A stretch of 64,000 nt of DNA from an uncultured Spirochaetales bacterium (GTDB lineage Bacteria > Spirochaetota > Spirochaetia > CAZAKE01): NCBI GenBank assembly GCA_964485495.1, contig CAZAKE010000004.1, forward strand, positions 4,190 through 68,189, given 5' to 3'. The notes beneath the pieces were generated by a model. That model was not told where the DNA came from. It searched no databases and saw nothing but the letters and a program-made list of their open reading frames with translations. The position numbers and the translations under genes are program-made. Below, in pieces: positions 9,717 through 20,075 of this stretch (position 1 is its first letter; every line of letters starts with the position of its first letter).

Positions 9717-10208
9717 ATGCCGAATACAGACCGTGCAAAATTCTCTGGATATTTCCTTGCATTCGCTTCGATTGCAACCTACAATTATGTGGAAGCGCAG
9801 GGGATACGAAAAGGTCGTTCCCCGGGAGCAGGGGTGAAGAACAGACTGAGAACCTATATAAAATTTTTGAAAGTCGAACTCGAGGACCTCGAGGACGATC
9901 TTCTGATGATTCAGGAGATACACAATCGGCGTCATGACAGTCATGAGATTACACCCTATGTCTTCATGGAAAATATGTCTCTATTGAAAAAAGAGTTTGA
10001 GGGAATCAGACGGATGGTCGAGGAACTCGACTCAATCGATACCGAAACCATCACGACTATCCAGTCGCTCCGTGATCATATCGACGCACGAATCACGGAG
10101 TGGACCCGGGATGCGAGTCTGCCTGAGGCGGTCCGGGTCTTTATTCGTCGTCGACTCGATAAGATCGATACGTATATGCTGGATATCGAGCAGGAACAAC
10201 CCGAGTAG
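9717..10208 (+). CDS. Hypothetical coiled-coil protein upstream of V-ATPase subunit E; a possible peripheral-stalk-like accessory subunit
   Basis: The 163-residue ORF lies in a locally AT-richer stretch. Its charged, helical composition (LKVELEDLEDDLLMIQEIH..., KKEFEGIRRMVEELDSIDTE...) resembles G/H-type stalk subunits, but this is inference only and the start codon is uncertain. Confidence 0.35.
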   Translation: MPNTDRAKFSGYFLAFASIATYNYVEAQGIRKGRSPGAGVKNRLRTYIKFLKVELEDLEDDLLMIQEIHNRRHDSHEITPYVFMENMSLLKKEFEGIRRMVEELDSIDTETITTIQSLRDHIDARITEWTRDASLPEAVRVFIRRRLDKIDTYMLDIEQEQPE

Positions 10209-10351
10209 CGAATTGTGAATCGCGCATCGTATCGGCATCCGGTACAAATGTGCGGCTCACATCGAGATCTCCTTGATCTTCCGGTACTCGTCGGTTAGTA
10301 TGTGCGGGCTTCTGAGTGACCGCGAAAATGAGTTCCGTGTGAGAGGAAAGT

Positions 10352-10966
10352 ATGGATACCCAACTGCAAGAATTAATCGAACGAATCAAGACCGAAGGGG
10401 TCAAGGACGCACAGGATAAGGCGGACGAGATCATCGAGAATGCGAGGCACAAGGCCAACGACATTGTGGCCGCAGCCCATGAGGAAGCCTCGAAGATCCA
10501 GGCGGATGCAAAGCGGGAAGCCGCCACGATGCAGAGTGCAGGACAGGCGGCCCTCAAGCAGGCGGGGCGAGATCTCATTCTCGCGGTACGGGCGCAGCTG
10601 ACCGCCGTCTTCGACTCAGTCCTAAAAAATCAAGTCGCCGGCGCAATGACGGGCGAGGGGCTGCGACAGGCGATCGTGGTTCTCATGCAGGCGTGGGCCG
10701 GGGGTGAGGCTACCGACCTGGATGTGCTCCTTCCGAAGGCTGAATTCGATCGGCTCGAGGGGGAGTTACGGGCACAGCTCGCAGAGACTCTCGCCGGTGG
10801 AGTCGAGATCAAGCCGATCGACGATGTCGATGCCGGTTTTCGCATTAGCCGAAAGGATGGCTCGGCATACTATAACTTCACGGCCGACGGCATCGCCGAA
10901 GTATTGTCGGAATTCCTGAATCCTCGACTCTCCGAGATTCTCAAGGATGCGGCCAAAGAGGCATAG
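10352..10966 (+). CDS. atpE: V-type ATP synthase subunit E
   Basis: MDTQLQELIERIKTEGVKDAQDKADEIIENARHKANDIVAAAHEEASKIQADAKREA... is the classic subunit E N-terminal helix, and the 204-residue length fits. Confidence 0.75.
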   Translation: MDTQLQELIERIKTEGVKDAQDKADEIIENARHKANDIVAAAHEEASKIQADAKREAATMQSAGQAALKQAGRDLILAVRAQLTAVFDSVLKNQVAGAMTGEGLRQAIVVLMQAWAGGEATDLDVLLPKAEFDRLEGELRAQLAETLAGGVEIKPIDDVDAGFRISRKDGSAYYNFTADGIAEVLSEFLNPRLSEILKDAAKEA

Positions 10967-11016
10967 AAAGCGGCATAGCAGGCGAGATATAGAAAGAGGC
11001 ATAGAAGGAGCAAGCG

Positions 11017-11682
11017 TTGTATTATTTCACCGTCGCGAGCCTTCCGTTTCTAACCTACGACGGGGACCCCCCCATCGACCTCGAGCGGTTTTACGAGGCG
11101 TGCAGGACTTTCCTGAAACCGACGGATTTCTCGCTTCTCCGTGCGGCAACCCTCTCCCCTGAGGCGGTTGGGGAATCGATGGGTGGCCGCGAGGCGGAAG
11201 CAACATCATCGTCGGAATCTGATCTACGGGATTCGGAAACGGCGCTATCCGCGGAGGTTGCCGTATCTCTCGGTGTGCGCGAGAAGACCCGTTCCGGTGT
11301 ACTCGCAGAGTGGCGACGATGGGATTCTGCTGTGCGAAACGAATTGGTGAAGCTGCGGGCGCCTGATCGAGGGTGGCCGCCGGAAGATTCATTGCGAGAG
11401 ATCGAGTATCTCCCGGAAGCCTTCGAAACGGCCCGCGAAGTCTTCTCGCAGGGCTCGCCTGCAGATGCCGAGGACGCACTCGGGAGAGCACGATGGTCGA
11501 TCTTGGATCGGTTGGAAGTTGGCCACTATTTTGATATCGATACACTCGTCATCTATCATCTGCGGCTGCAACTGTTAGAACGGAAGGCTCGCATGAACGA
11601 CGAGACCGGTCGTGAGGAGTATGAACGAAGCTATCACGAGGTCCGGCGACAATTGACGGGTCAATCCAGGCTGGAGTTATAA
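11017..11682 (+). CDS. Hypothetical protein conserved between V-ATPase E and A genes in spirochaetes
   Basis: The 221-residue ORF occupies the same position as the uncharacterised gene between the E and A subunits in Treponema and Borrelia V-ATPase operons, as I recall them. I see no recognisable motif. Confidence 0.5.
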   Translation: MYYFTVASLPFLTYDGDPPIDLERFYEACRTFLKPTDFSLLRAATLSPEAVGESMGGREAEATSSSESDLRDSETALSAEVAVSLGVREKTRSGVLAEWRRWDSAVRNELVKLRAPDRGWPPEDSLREIEYLPEAFETAREVFSQGSPADAEDALGRARWSILDRLEVGHYFDIDTLVIYHLRLQLLERKARMNDETGREEYERSYHEVRRQLTGQSRLEL

Positions 11683-11685
11683 TTG

Positions 11686-13446
11686 ATGGAAACTACAGGT
11701 AAAGTCATCGGCGTCAACGGGAACATGGTGACCGTGGTGTTCGAGCAGGACGTGTCACTCAACGAAGTCGGATACGTCATCGTCGGAGATCAGCGATTGA
11801 AATCCGAGGTAATCCGGGTGCGAGGAAACCGGGCCGAGTTGCAGGTCTTCGAATTGACCCGTGGAATCGGTATCGGGGATCCTGTCGAGTTTTCCCAGGA
11901 GCTGTTGGCGGTGGAACTCGGACCGGGACTTCTCGGACAGGTATACGACGGGCTGCAGAACCCTCTCCCGAAACTGGCCGAGCAGTGCGGGTTCTTTCTC
12001 CAGCGCGGCATTTACCTCGAAGCCCTGGAGAAGGACCGGAAGTGGGCGTTTACCCCCGCGGTCAACGTTGGGGACAAGGTAGCCCGGGCCGACACCCTCG
12101 GTACCGTACCCGAAGGCATCTTCAAGCACCGCATCATGGTGCCGTTCAATTTCTACGGATCATATGAGGTAATCTCCGTCGTCGATGCCGGCGAGTATGC
12201 GGTGGACGACGAGATCGCCGTCTTGAAAGACGCCCGTGGCAACACCCGACCGGTGACGATGTCCTTCCAGTGGCCGGTAAAACGTGCGATCGATGCCTAT
12301 ACGGAGCGCCTCAAGCCGACCGACTCGATGGTGACCAAGGTACGGATCATCGACACCTTTCTTCCCATTTCCCGGGGGGGGACCTATTGTATTCCCGGGC
12401 CATTCGGCGCCGGGAAGACTGTCCTACAGCAGGTAACGAGCCGAAATGCAGAGGTAGACATCGTGATCATCGCGGCCTGCGGCGAACGTGCCGGAGAGGT
12501 CGTGGAAACGCTGCAGGAGTTCCCGGAACTCCTCGATCCGCGCACCGGTCGGACGTTGATGGAGCGAACCATCATCATCTGTAATACGAGCTCGATGCCG
12601 GTGGCCGCCCGAGAGGCGTCCGTATATACGGCGGTAACCCTGGCCGAGTACTACCGGCAGATGGGTCTGCACGTCCTTCTCCTGGCCGACTCTACGTCCC
12701 GATGGGCGCAGGCCATGCGTGAGATGTCCGGCCGTCTCGAGGAGATCCCCGGAGAGGAAGCCTTCCCGGCGTATCTGGAGTCGGTCATCGCCTCATTTTA
12801 CGAGCGGGCCGGTGTCGTGCGGCTGAAGGATGGTAACACCGGGTCGGTCACCATCGGCGGAACGGTGAGTCCCGCCGGCGGCAACTTCGAAGAGCCGGTC
12901 ACCCAGGCTACCCTCAAGGTGGTCGGCGCCTTCCACGGATTGTCCCGTGAGCGTTCCGACGCGAGAAAATACCCCGCAATCGATCCTCTCGAGAGTTGGA
13001 GTAAATATCCGGGGGTAGTCGACGAGGAACGTACGGATTACGCCCGGGACATCCTGTTCCGTGGCGACGAGGTAGCCCAGATGATGAAGGTCGTAGGCGA
13101 GGAGGGTACCTCGCTGGATGACTATCTGCTCTACCTGAAGAGCGATTTTGTCGATGCCGCGTACCTGCAGCAGAACTCGTTCGATCCGGTGGATGCTTCG
13201 GTGAGCGTGGAGAGACAGCGGTACATATTCGACATAATGTACGACATTCTGAAGGCCGATCTGGACCTGAACAGCAAGGAAGAAGCCCGAACCTGGTTCA
13301 ATCAGCTCCGGCAACGGTTCATCGATTATAACGGCTCCGAGTGGGAGTCACAGGATTTCACCCGGCTCGAAGGCGAGATCAAGACAATGCTCCAGGAGAA
13401 AACAGAAAAGGCGGAAGGGGAGAGACATGCGGAAAGTGTACAGTAA
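11686..13446 (+). CDS. atpA: V-type ATP synthase catalytic subunit A
   Basis: It has the Walker A motif GPFGAGKTV and the typical A-subunit non-homologous insert. ATG at 11686 (the track lists TTG at 11683). Confidence 0.9.
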   Translation: METTGKVIGVNGNMVTVVFEQDVSLNEVGYVIVGDQRLKSEVIRVRGNRAELQVFELTRGIGIGDPVEFSQELLAVELGPGLLGQVYDGLQNPLPKLAEQCGFFLQRGIYLEALEKDRKWAFTPAVNVGDKVARADTLGTVPEGIFKHRIMVPFNFYGSYEVISVVDAGEYAVDDEIAVLKDARGNTRPVTMSFQWPVKRAIDAYTERLKPTDSMVTKVRIIDTFLPISRGGTYCIPGPFGAGKTVLQQVTSRNAEVDIVIIAACGERAGEVVETLQEFPELLDPRTGRTLMERTIIICNTSSMPVAAREASVYTAVTLAEYYRQMGLHVLLLADSTSRWAQAMREMSGRLEEIPGEEAFPAYLESVIASFYERAGVVRLKDGNTGSVTIGGTVSPAGGNFEEPVTQATLKVVGAFHGLSRERSDARKYPAIDPLESWSKYPGVVDEERTDYARDILFRGDEVAQMMKVVGEEGTSLDDYLLYLKSDFVDAAYLQQNSFDPVDASVSVERQRYIFDIMYDILKADLDLNSKEEARTWFNQLRQRFIDYNGSEWESQDFTRLEGEIKTMLQEKTEKAEGERHAESVQ

Positions 13447-14794
13447 GATAGAAGCCATTTCCGGAAACGTCATAACCGTTTCCGCCGAAGATATCAAATA
13501 CGGCGACCTGGCTCAGGTCACATCGTCCCATGGGAGTTCTCTGGCCGAGGTCATACGCCTGAATGAGGACAAGGTTTCGCTGCAGGTCTTCTCCGGCGGC
13601 CGAGGAATTTCGACCGGCGACGAGGTTCGCTTCCTGGGGCACCCGATGCAGGTATCGTTTACGGACAATCTGTTGGGACGAATCTTCGACGGCAGCGGCC
13701 GGCCCCGTGACAACGGCCCGACGCTGGAGGAAAACCTGATCGAGATCGGCGGACCCTCGGTAAATCCTGCCCAGCGAATCATACCGAGAAACATGATCCG
13801 AACCGGTATTCCCATGATAGACGTGTTTAACACGCTCGTAGAGTCGCAGAAACTCCCGATCTTCTCGGTCTCGGGCGAACCATACAACGAGCTGCTTGCC
13901 CGTATCGCCATGCAGGCCGAGGTGGATCTGATCATTCTCGGCGGAATGGGACTGAAGTACGACGACTACCTCTTTTTCAGGGATACCCTGGAGGAGGGCG
14001 GCGCCATGAGCCGCACGATCTTCTTCGTCCACACGGCGGCCGACCCGGTGGTCGAATGTCTCTTGGTACCGGACATCTCTCTGGCCGTGGCGGAGGGGTT
14101 CGCTTTGCAGAACAAGAAGGTGCTCGTGTTGCTGACGGACATGACCAACTTCGCCGACGCCATGAAGGAGATCGCCATAACCATGGAGCAGGTGCCGTCG
14201 AACCGGGGATACCCGGGAGACCTCTACAGTCAGCTGGCGGCACGGTATGAGAAGGCCGTCGATTTCGAGGGGGCCGGCTCCATCACCATCCTGGCGGTGA
14301 CGACGATGCCGGGAGATGACGTTACACATCCCATCCCTGACAACACCGGGTACATTACCGAGGGCCAATATTATCTCAGGAACGGGCGAATCGAGCCGTT
14401 CGGAAGCCTCTCCCGTCTCAAGCAGCAGGTAAACAAGGATACCCGCGACGATCACCGGGCCCTGATGGACGGCATGATCAAGCTCTATGCCGCCTCCAAG
14501 GAATCGGTTGAGAAGAAGTCGATGGGATTCAGGATGACCGATTGGGATCAGAAGCTCCTGAAATACGGCGAGATCTTTGAGTCCGACCTGATGGCCCTCT
14601 CGGTAAATATCCCCCTCGAGCAGGCCCTCGACAAGGGGTGGGAGATCCTCGCCGAATGCTTTACGCCGGATGAAACCGGGTTGCGAACCGAGCTGATACG
14701 GCAATTCTGGCCGAAGAAAGAAGATGTCGACAACAATGAAGCCGATAGTACGGAGACGAAAACCGAAGCCGTGGCCGTAGAGACGGCGGAATGA
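13427..14794 (+). CDS. atpB: V-type ATP synthase subunit B
   Basis: The product is homologous to the A/B family without a canonical P-loop ([10 protein letters not shown]...), is 455 residues long, and follows atpA with a 20-nt overlap. Confidence 0.9.
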   Translation: MRKVYSKIEAISGNVITVSAEDIKYGDLAQVTSSHGSSLAEVIRLNEDKVSLQVFSGGRGISTGDEVRFLGHPMQVSFTDNLLGRIFDGSGRPRDNGPTLEENLIEIGGPSVNPAQRIIPRNMIRTGIPMIDVFNTLVESQKLPIFSVSGEPYNELLARIAMQAEVDLIILGGMGLKYDDYLFFRDTLEEGGAMSRTIFFVHTAADPVVECLLVPDISLAVAEGFALQNKKVLVLLTDMTNFADAMKEIAITMEQVPSNRGYPGDLYSQLAARYEKAVDFEGAGSITILAVTTMPGDDVTHPIPDNTGYITEGQYYLRNGRIEPFGSLSRLKQQVNKDTRDDHRALMDGMIKLYAASKESVEKKSMGFRMTDWDQKLLKYGEIFESDLMALSVNIPLEQALDKGWEILAECFTPDETGLRTELIRQFWPKKEDVDNNEADSTETKTEAVAVETAE

Positions 14795-14829
14795 TGGGTG
14801 ACCTGACGGCACGGCGGGAGTAGGGGCGG

Positions 14830-15426
14830 ATGGCCAAGATCAAACTCACGAAGAATGAGTTGAAGAAGCAGAAGGACTCACTCAAACGCTTCGAGCGGTA
14901 TCTGCCTACCTTGCAGTTGAAGAAACAGCAGCTGCAGATCGTCATCCGGCAGGTAGAGGCTACGGAACGAGAGAGGTCGAGGGAGCGTGATGCGCTGCTC
15001 TCCGATATGGTGAGTTGGATTCGGGTTTTCGGCGATGGACAACCCTTAGAGGAGTGGGTACGAATCCAATCGATTCTGACGGAAGATGGAAACATCGCCG
15101 GTGTCGATATTCCGGTATTCTCAGGGATAACCTTCGAGGAGATCACCTACGATCTGTTTCTCGTGCCGCTATGGGTCGACAAGGGCACGGACTTCCTGAA
15201 GAGGATCATCGCGTTGGATGCAGAAATAGAGGTACTACGGGAACAGCAACGGCTGCTGGCCGATGAACTGCGGACTACCACCCAGCGGGTGAACCTGTTC
15301 GAGAAGGTGAAAATTCCTGAAACCAGAGAGAATATCAGGAAGATCAGGATCTATCTGGGTGATCAGCAGACCGCGGCGGTTGTGCGCGGAAAGATCGCCA
15401 AGAACAAGACGGTGAGGGTTTCATAG
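14830..15426 (+). CDS. atpD: V-type ATP synthase subunit D
   Basis: MAKIKLTKNELKKQKDSLKRFERYLPTLQLKKQQLQ is the characteristic D-subunit N-terminal helix. Confidence 0.85.
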   Translation: MAKIKLTKNELKKQKDSLKRFERYLPTLQLKKQQLQIVIRQVEATERERSRERDALLSDMVSWIRVFGDGQPLEEWVRIQSILTEDGNIAGVDIPVFSGITFEEITYDLFLVPLWVDKGTDFLKRIIALDAEIEVLREQQRLLADELRTTTQRVNLFEKVKIPETRENIRKIRIYLGDQQTAAVVRGKIAKNKTVRVS

Positions 15427-15429
15427 ACC

Positions 15430-17250
15430 ATGATTGTGAAGATGAAGAAGGTCTCGGTGATCGTACTCGATTTGTTTCGGGTTGAGGCCCTGGAAAAACT
15501 CGCCGAGGCCGGTGTTCTACACGTTGAGAACGAACCCGGGAAGAGTGACGCTCTCTCGCAACTGGTCGAGAAGCGTGACCTCATCCAACGGGCTATGGTC
15601 CAGCTGCCGGTGCCCGAAGATGAAGTGGGCGAAAAACCGAAGGCCGGCGATACGGCTACGGCCTTGGAGCTGTCAAAGCACGTATTGAAGCGGGTTGAGG
15701 ATTTCAGGGATCTCAGAGAGCGGATGGAAAAGGCGGAACGCGAGCAGGAGCGTCTGCGGCCATGGGGAGAATTCGATCCGAAGGATATCGACTACCTTCG
15801 TCGCCATGGAGTAGAAGTGTCCCTGTACGAGATACCGCTGCGGTCCTTTCAGGAGCATGATGGTTCCGGCTCGATCTTCGTCGTGAACAGGACCAAAACC
15901 ACCGTCTACGCGATGGTGGTGGAAATGTGCCGCGACCAAATTCCGGAGGATTGGCATGAGCTGCAGCTGCCGGAGAAAGGCTTACAGGAGATAATCTCGG
16001 AGATCACGGCGTTGGAGACGAGTCGTAACGAGATCCGCGTCGAATTCGAGAAGCTTGCGCGGGAGACGGTGAGTCTCGAGGCGGCAATGCGTGAGATAGG
16101 CTCGAATATCGAATTCGAAGCTGTCCGTTCCGGATGCGGACTCGACGGGCCCCTTGCATATCTCACCGGATATGTTCCCGAGGGGACGGTGGATAGAGTG
16201 ACGGCTCTCGCCCAAGAACACGGGTGGGGCGTTCTCGTCAGAGAGCCCGAGAGCACGGACCGAGTGCCGACACTCGTGCGTAATCCCAAGAGCATTCGTA
16301 TCATACAACCGGTATTCGACCTGCTGGGAACCGTACCCGGATATCATGAGAACGACATCAGCCTTCCGTTTCTCGTTTTCTTTGGATTCTTCTTCGCCAT
16401 GATCATAGGTGACGCCGGGTATGGAGTCGTCCTGCTCATAGGGTCATTGATCGGCGTACTGAAGAGCCGGAAGAGCGGAACCTCTCCGACACTCATTTTG
16501 ATGCTGGTCCTGAGTCTGTGTACCCTCGTGTGGGGGGCACTGACCGGTACCTGGTTCGGATCCGAGGCTATCGGTGAAAGCGCTCCGTTCAAGTATCTCG
16601 TCGTCGACGGAATCGGAAGCTTTCGGGAGGGCAGCTCCGAAACGGTGAAGTTGCTCTGTTTCATCGTCGGAACGATCCAGCTCAGCATCGCCCATATCTG
16701 GAACTTCCTGAAGGAGATCAGGAATACGCCGAAGATACGGGCGTTCGCGCAACTCGGATGGTTATCGGCGGTACTCGGGCTGTTTTATCTCGTTCTCAAT
16801 CTCGTGCTGGATCCGGTTGCATATCCGATACCCGCATATGCGATGTATATGATGGGAATCGGCATCGGCGCCGTCATCGTCTTTTCGAATCAGGAGGGGA
16901 ATTTCTTCAAAGGGGTCGCGAAGGGATTCGCCGGCTTCATCACGACCTTCCTGGACGGAATCAGCGCTTTTTCGGATATCATCTCGTATATCAGGCTCTT
17001 CGCCGTAGGTCTGGCCTCGGTGGAGATAGCCAAGAGTTTCAACGCAATGGCCGGTAACCTCGGAGATGGTGTAGTCGCCATCGTCGGAGGGATATTGATC
17101 CTTGTTTTCGGGCACACACTGAATCTCGCCATGGGCGCCCTGTCGGTGATCGTGCACGGCGTGCGATTGAATATGTTGGAGTTTTCATCCCATCTCGGGA
17201 TGGAGTGGACGGGAATACATTTCAGACCGTTTGGTAGAACAAATTCCTAA
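15430..17250 (+). CDS. atpI: V-type ATP synthase subunit I (a-subunit)
   Basis: The 606-residue product has a hydrophilic N-terminal half and a multi-TM C-terminal half with a conserved Arg-containing helix region. Confidence 0.85.
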   Translation: MIVKMKKVSVIVLDLFRVEALEKLAEAGVLHVENEPGKSDALSQLVEKRDLIQRAMVQLPVPEDEVGEKPKAGDTATALELSKHVLKRVEDFRDLRERMEKAEREQERLRPWGEFDPKDIDYLRRHGVEVSLYEIPLRSFQEHDGSGSIFVVNRTKTTVYAMVVEMCRDQIPEDWHELQLPEKGLQEIISEITALETSRNEIRVEFEKLARETVSLEAAMREIGSNIEFEAVRSGCGLDGPLAYLTGYVPEGTVDRVTALAQEHGWGVLVREPESTDRVPTLVRNPKSIRIIQPVFDLLGTVPGYHENDISLPFLVFFGFFFAMIIGDAGYGVVLLIGSLIGVLKSRKSGTSPTLILMLVLSLCTLVWGALTGTWFGSEAIGESAPFKYLVVDGIGSFREGSSETVKLLCFIVGTIQLSIAHIWNFLKEIRNTPKIRAFAQLGWLSAVLGLFYLVLNLVLDPVAYPIPAYAMYMMGIGIGAVIVFSNQEGNFFKGVAKGFAGFITTFLDGISAFSDIISYIRLFAVGLASVEIAKSFNAMAGNLGDGVVAIVGGILILVFGHTLNLAMGALSVIVHGVRLNMLEFSSHLGMEWTGIHFRPFGRTNS

Positions 17251-17264
17251 ACGAGGAGTAGAGG

Positions 17265-17696
17265 ATGAATTTTGGAATGATCGGAATAGGGGCCGCACTC
17301 GCACTCGCGGCTATCGGCTCGGCCATCGGAGCAGGTTCCGCCGGTATGGCGGCGGTAGGAGCGTGGAAGAAGTGTTTCGCCCAGAACAAGCCGGCGCCGT
17401 TTATGCTCGTTGCGTTCGTGGGTGCTCCGCTGACACAGACAATCTACGGGTATATTCTTATGAATACCCTGCGTGGTGCGGCGGATACCGTTGACGCCTG
17501 GATGCTGCTCGGTGCGGGTGTTCTCGGTGGAATCGCCATGGGTTTTTCCGCCATGTTTCAGGGAAAGGCGGCAGCCTGTGCTTCCGATGCCCTGGCGGAA
17601 ACCGGGCAAGGCTTCGGTAACTACATCATGGTCCTGGGACTCATCGAGACGGTTGCGTTGTTTGTGATGGTGTTCCTCATGACCGCAATCGGGTAG
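17265..17696 (+). CDS. atpK: V-type ATP synthase proteolipid subunit K (c-subunit)
   Basis: The 143-residue product is Gly/Ala-rich with four TM helices, and a conserved Glu sits in the last helix (GLIETVALF). Confidence 0.85.
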   Translation: MNFGMIGIGAALALAAIGSAIGAGSAGMAAVGAWKKCFAQNKPAPFMLVAFVGAPLTQTIYGYILMNTLRGAADTVDAWMLLGAGVLGGIAMGFSAMFQGKAAACASDALAETGQGFGNYIMVLGLIETVALFVMVFLMTAIG

Positions 17697-17739
17697 TTCC
17701 TCGCGATTACACCGGTAATCGGCAGACTCAGTATTCTTC

Positions 17740-17773
17740 GGCGAAGACGGTACCGTTCGGACCGCTCTTCGCC
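17740..17773 (+). terminator. Possible stem-loop / weak intrinsic terminator after the V-ATPase operon
   Basis: Inverted repeat GGCGAAGA...TCTTCGCC with an 18-nt loop. No clean T-run follows, so this is weak. Confidence 0.3.
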
Positions 17774-17822
17774 GATCTGATTTCATGGTCGATTACGGTT
17801 CGTCGGATCGGCGAAGATCCAT

Positions 17823-18980
17823 TTGAATTACAGGAAGCGGATGGGCAAAGACTCCACTGAGACGTCCGGCACATATCAACCGGTAGGAAACTCCTCTCCT
17901 ATCACCACTCCCCGTCGTAGTACCGGACGTGTCGAGGTCGGCGGAGTCGGGATAGGCGGCGATTCGGCGATATCGGTCCAGACCATGTGGAAGTCGCCGC
18001 TGTCCGAAGGTCCCGGCCCCGATAAAGCCCGCATCGCAACAGTCGATACACTCATCGCCGCGATCACGCGTCTACAGGGACTCGGGTGTGATATCATCCG
18101 ATTTGCGGTTCCGGATGAACCATCTGCCGCCGTCATATCGGAACTCGCTTCGAGATCACCGATCCCAATCGTGGCGGACATCCATTTCGATTTTCGGCTG
18201 GCTCTTGCCTGTATCAGAGGCGGGGTTCACAAGATACGAATCAACCCGGGCAATATCGGCACTCCATGGAAGGCCGAAGAGGTAATCCGTGCGGCGAAGG
18301 ATCACGACACTCCTCTCCGTGTAGGCGTAAACGGAGGCTCCCTGCCGGCGTCCATGCGTGGGATGCCGCTGCCTGAGGCGATGGTGGCCGCGGCTGAATC
18401 GGAGCTCGAGCTGACGGAGAAGCACGATCTGCGGAACGTCATCGTGTCTCTCAAGGCCTCCGACATGGAGGCCACGATCGAGGCGAACCGGATCTTTTCG
18501 GGAACCCATGACTATCCCCTGCATCTTGGACTGACCGAGGCGGGACCTCCGATACAGGGTATCGTGCGCAGCACCCTGGTGTTGGGCCGATTGCTCGAGG
18601 CGGGAATAGGAGATACGGTGCGGGTATCCCTCTCCGGAAGCGCCGAGAACGAGGTGAGTGCCGCTGTCGAGTTGTTGAAGAGTCTACGCCTTCGACAGAA
18701 GGGAGTTTCCGTGATATCCTGTCCGAGATGCGGAAGAGCGACCTTCGACGTACACGGCTTTCTTGAGAAACACGGCACGGCCATCTACTCCGTAGACAAG
18801 GAGCTGACGGTGGCCGTCATGGGGTGTGCGGTGAACGGGCCCGAAGAGGCGAAGAGGGCCGATCTCGGTATCACGGGAACGGGGACCCGGGTCCTCATCT
18901 TCAGAGACGGCACAGTCCTGCGAGATGTAGAACCGTCGGAGGCGGGAGAGGCCTTCATTCAGGAGTTGGAAAAAGCATGA
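17823..18980 (+). CDS. ispG: 4-hydroxy-3-methylbut-2-enyl diphosphate synthase IspG (GcpE)
   Basis: RVEVGGVGIGGDSAISVQTM matches the IspG N-terminal motif, and the C-terminal Cys cluster SCPRCGR...MGCAVNGPEEAKRADLGITG binds the 4Fe-4S cluster. An alternative start lies at 17841. Confidence 0.85.
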   Translation: MNYRKRMGKDSTETSGTYQPVGNSSPITTPRRSTGRVEVGGVGIGGDSAISVQTMWKSPLSEGPGPDKARIATVDTLIAAITRLQGLGCDIIRFAVPDEPSAAVISELASRSPIPIVADIHFDFRLALACIRGGVHKIRINPGNIGTPWKAEEVIRAAKDHDTPLRVGVNGGSLPASMRGMPLPEAMVAAAESELELTEKHDLRNVIVSLKASDMEATIEANRIFSGTHDYPLHLGLTEAGPPIQGIVRSTLVLGRLLEAGIGDTVRVSLSGSAENEVSAAVELLKSLRLRQKGVSVISCPRCGRATFDVHGFLEKHGTAIYSVDKELTVAVMGCAVNGPEEAKRADLGITGTGTRVLIFRDGTVLRDVEPSEAGEAFIQELEKA

Positions 18981-20071
18981 ACCCTTGGTTTGCGGGATAT
19001 TCTACGAACCGTCGGATTCCGATCCCGGTCATCGTATGGTTCGTCATTGTTTTCCAGCTCACAGTCCTGCATCTGAGTGCGCAGGAGTCCCAAGACTTGC
19101 AATCGTCCTCGTTCTCAACCCAGGCAGGCGTGGAGGAACCATCCTCTGCCAATACTGCTGCTCCCGACACGGAAACCGCGGTTGTCTATCCGGAGCGGGT
19201 GCGGTCCTGGGTCCTGCTCGAAGAGGCCAAACGATCGGCAGTAGATGGAGAATACGGCGAAGCCCTCCGGGTCTTCAGAGAGATAGAGGCGCGAGGCGCA
19301 TATATCCCCGAAGTCAAACTGTGGCAAGGATATATCTATCGGGCGGAGGGCGAGTTCGACCTGGCCGAACGGTACTATCGCGAGGCCCTCGAAAACAACC
19401 GTTCTTTGTACGTTTCGGAGGACATCTTCACCATCCGATACGAACTTGCAGGGCTGTACGAGCAGCGATATATGCTGCGTGAGTACGAGGAGACGCTGCT
19501 GACGATACTGGAATCGGACGAGACATTCTCGAGTGAGAATTCCGACGATCTCTATGAGGCGATGAAACGTACCCTGCTGGATCGCGGATTCCAGAAGTGG
19601 ATTGAGCTGTACAGGCTGCGTGATGCCGCGGTACTCGAGGCACACGATCGCCTGGCACGGAGGTATTATGCATCTATGCAAGCCGTCCTGGCGATGCCCC
19701 ATGCCATGTCGGCATTCCTGACCAGGGTCTCCATCCTCATCGATGCGTTGATCGAACTGGATCCGGAGTGGGAATTTACGACCATCGAGGGGCTATTGGA
19801 TGATACGGTCCGATGGGATCATCTCCTGGAGTACATCGAACGCTCGGGGTTCTTCGAAAGCCTCTATGTGTTCGGCTGTGTACTCCACCAGGCCGGAATC
19901 GAGTCCGGACCGGAGGGACCGGCCGATGCCGACAGGTATCAAGCCAGAGCCGGTGATGCGTGGAACATCATCAACGCCGATGGTGCAACGGCGTCGACGG
20001 TGTCGGACAGACTCAGGAAGCTGGCGAATGGGCAACTCATCGACCCATTCTACGATCCGCATATCAGATAG
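18977..20071 (+). CDS. Hypothetical secreted TPR-like protein
   Basis: The internal Met overlaps the ispG stop (ATGA). The product has a signal peptide ([23 protein letters not shown]) and TPR-like helices ([24 protein letters not shown]). Confidence 0.5.
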   Translation: MNPWFAGYSTNRRIPIPVIVWFVIVFQLTVLHLSAQESQDLQSSSFSTQAGVEEPSSANTAAPDTETAVVYPERVRSWVLLEEAKRSAVDGEYGEALRVFREIEARGAYIPEVKLWQGYIYRAEGEFDLAERYYREALENNRSLYVSEDIFTIRYELAGLYEQRYMLREYEETLLTILESDETFSSENSDDLYEAMKRTLLDRGFQKWIELYRLRDAAVLEAHDRLARRYYASMQAVLAMPHAMSAFLTRVSILIDALIELDPEWEFTTIEGLLDDTVRWDHLLEYIERSGFFESLYVFGCVLHQAGIESGPEGPADADRYQARAGDAWNIINADGATASTVSDRLRKLANGQLIDPFYDPHIR

Positions 20072-20075
20072 TCTC

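Noticed and set aside
13379-14812. 477-residue ORF on the - strand
   Set aside because: It lies entirely antisense to the well-supported V-ATPase B gene, and its translation is low-complexity and Arg/Gly/His-rich, which is typical of spurious antisense ORFs in GC-rich DNA.
19800-20075. In-frame upstream extension of uvrA
   Set aside because: It overlaps the 3' end of the preceding secreted-protein gene in another frame, and the canonical UvrA N-terminus begins at 20076.
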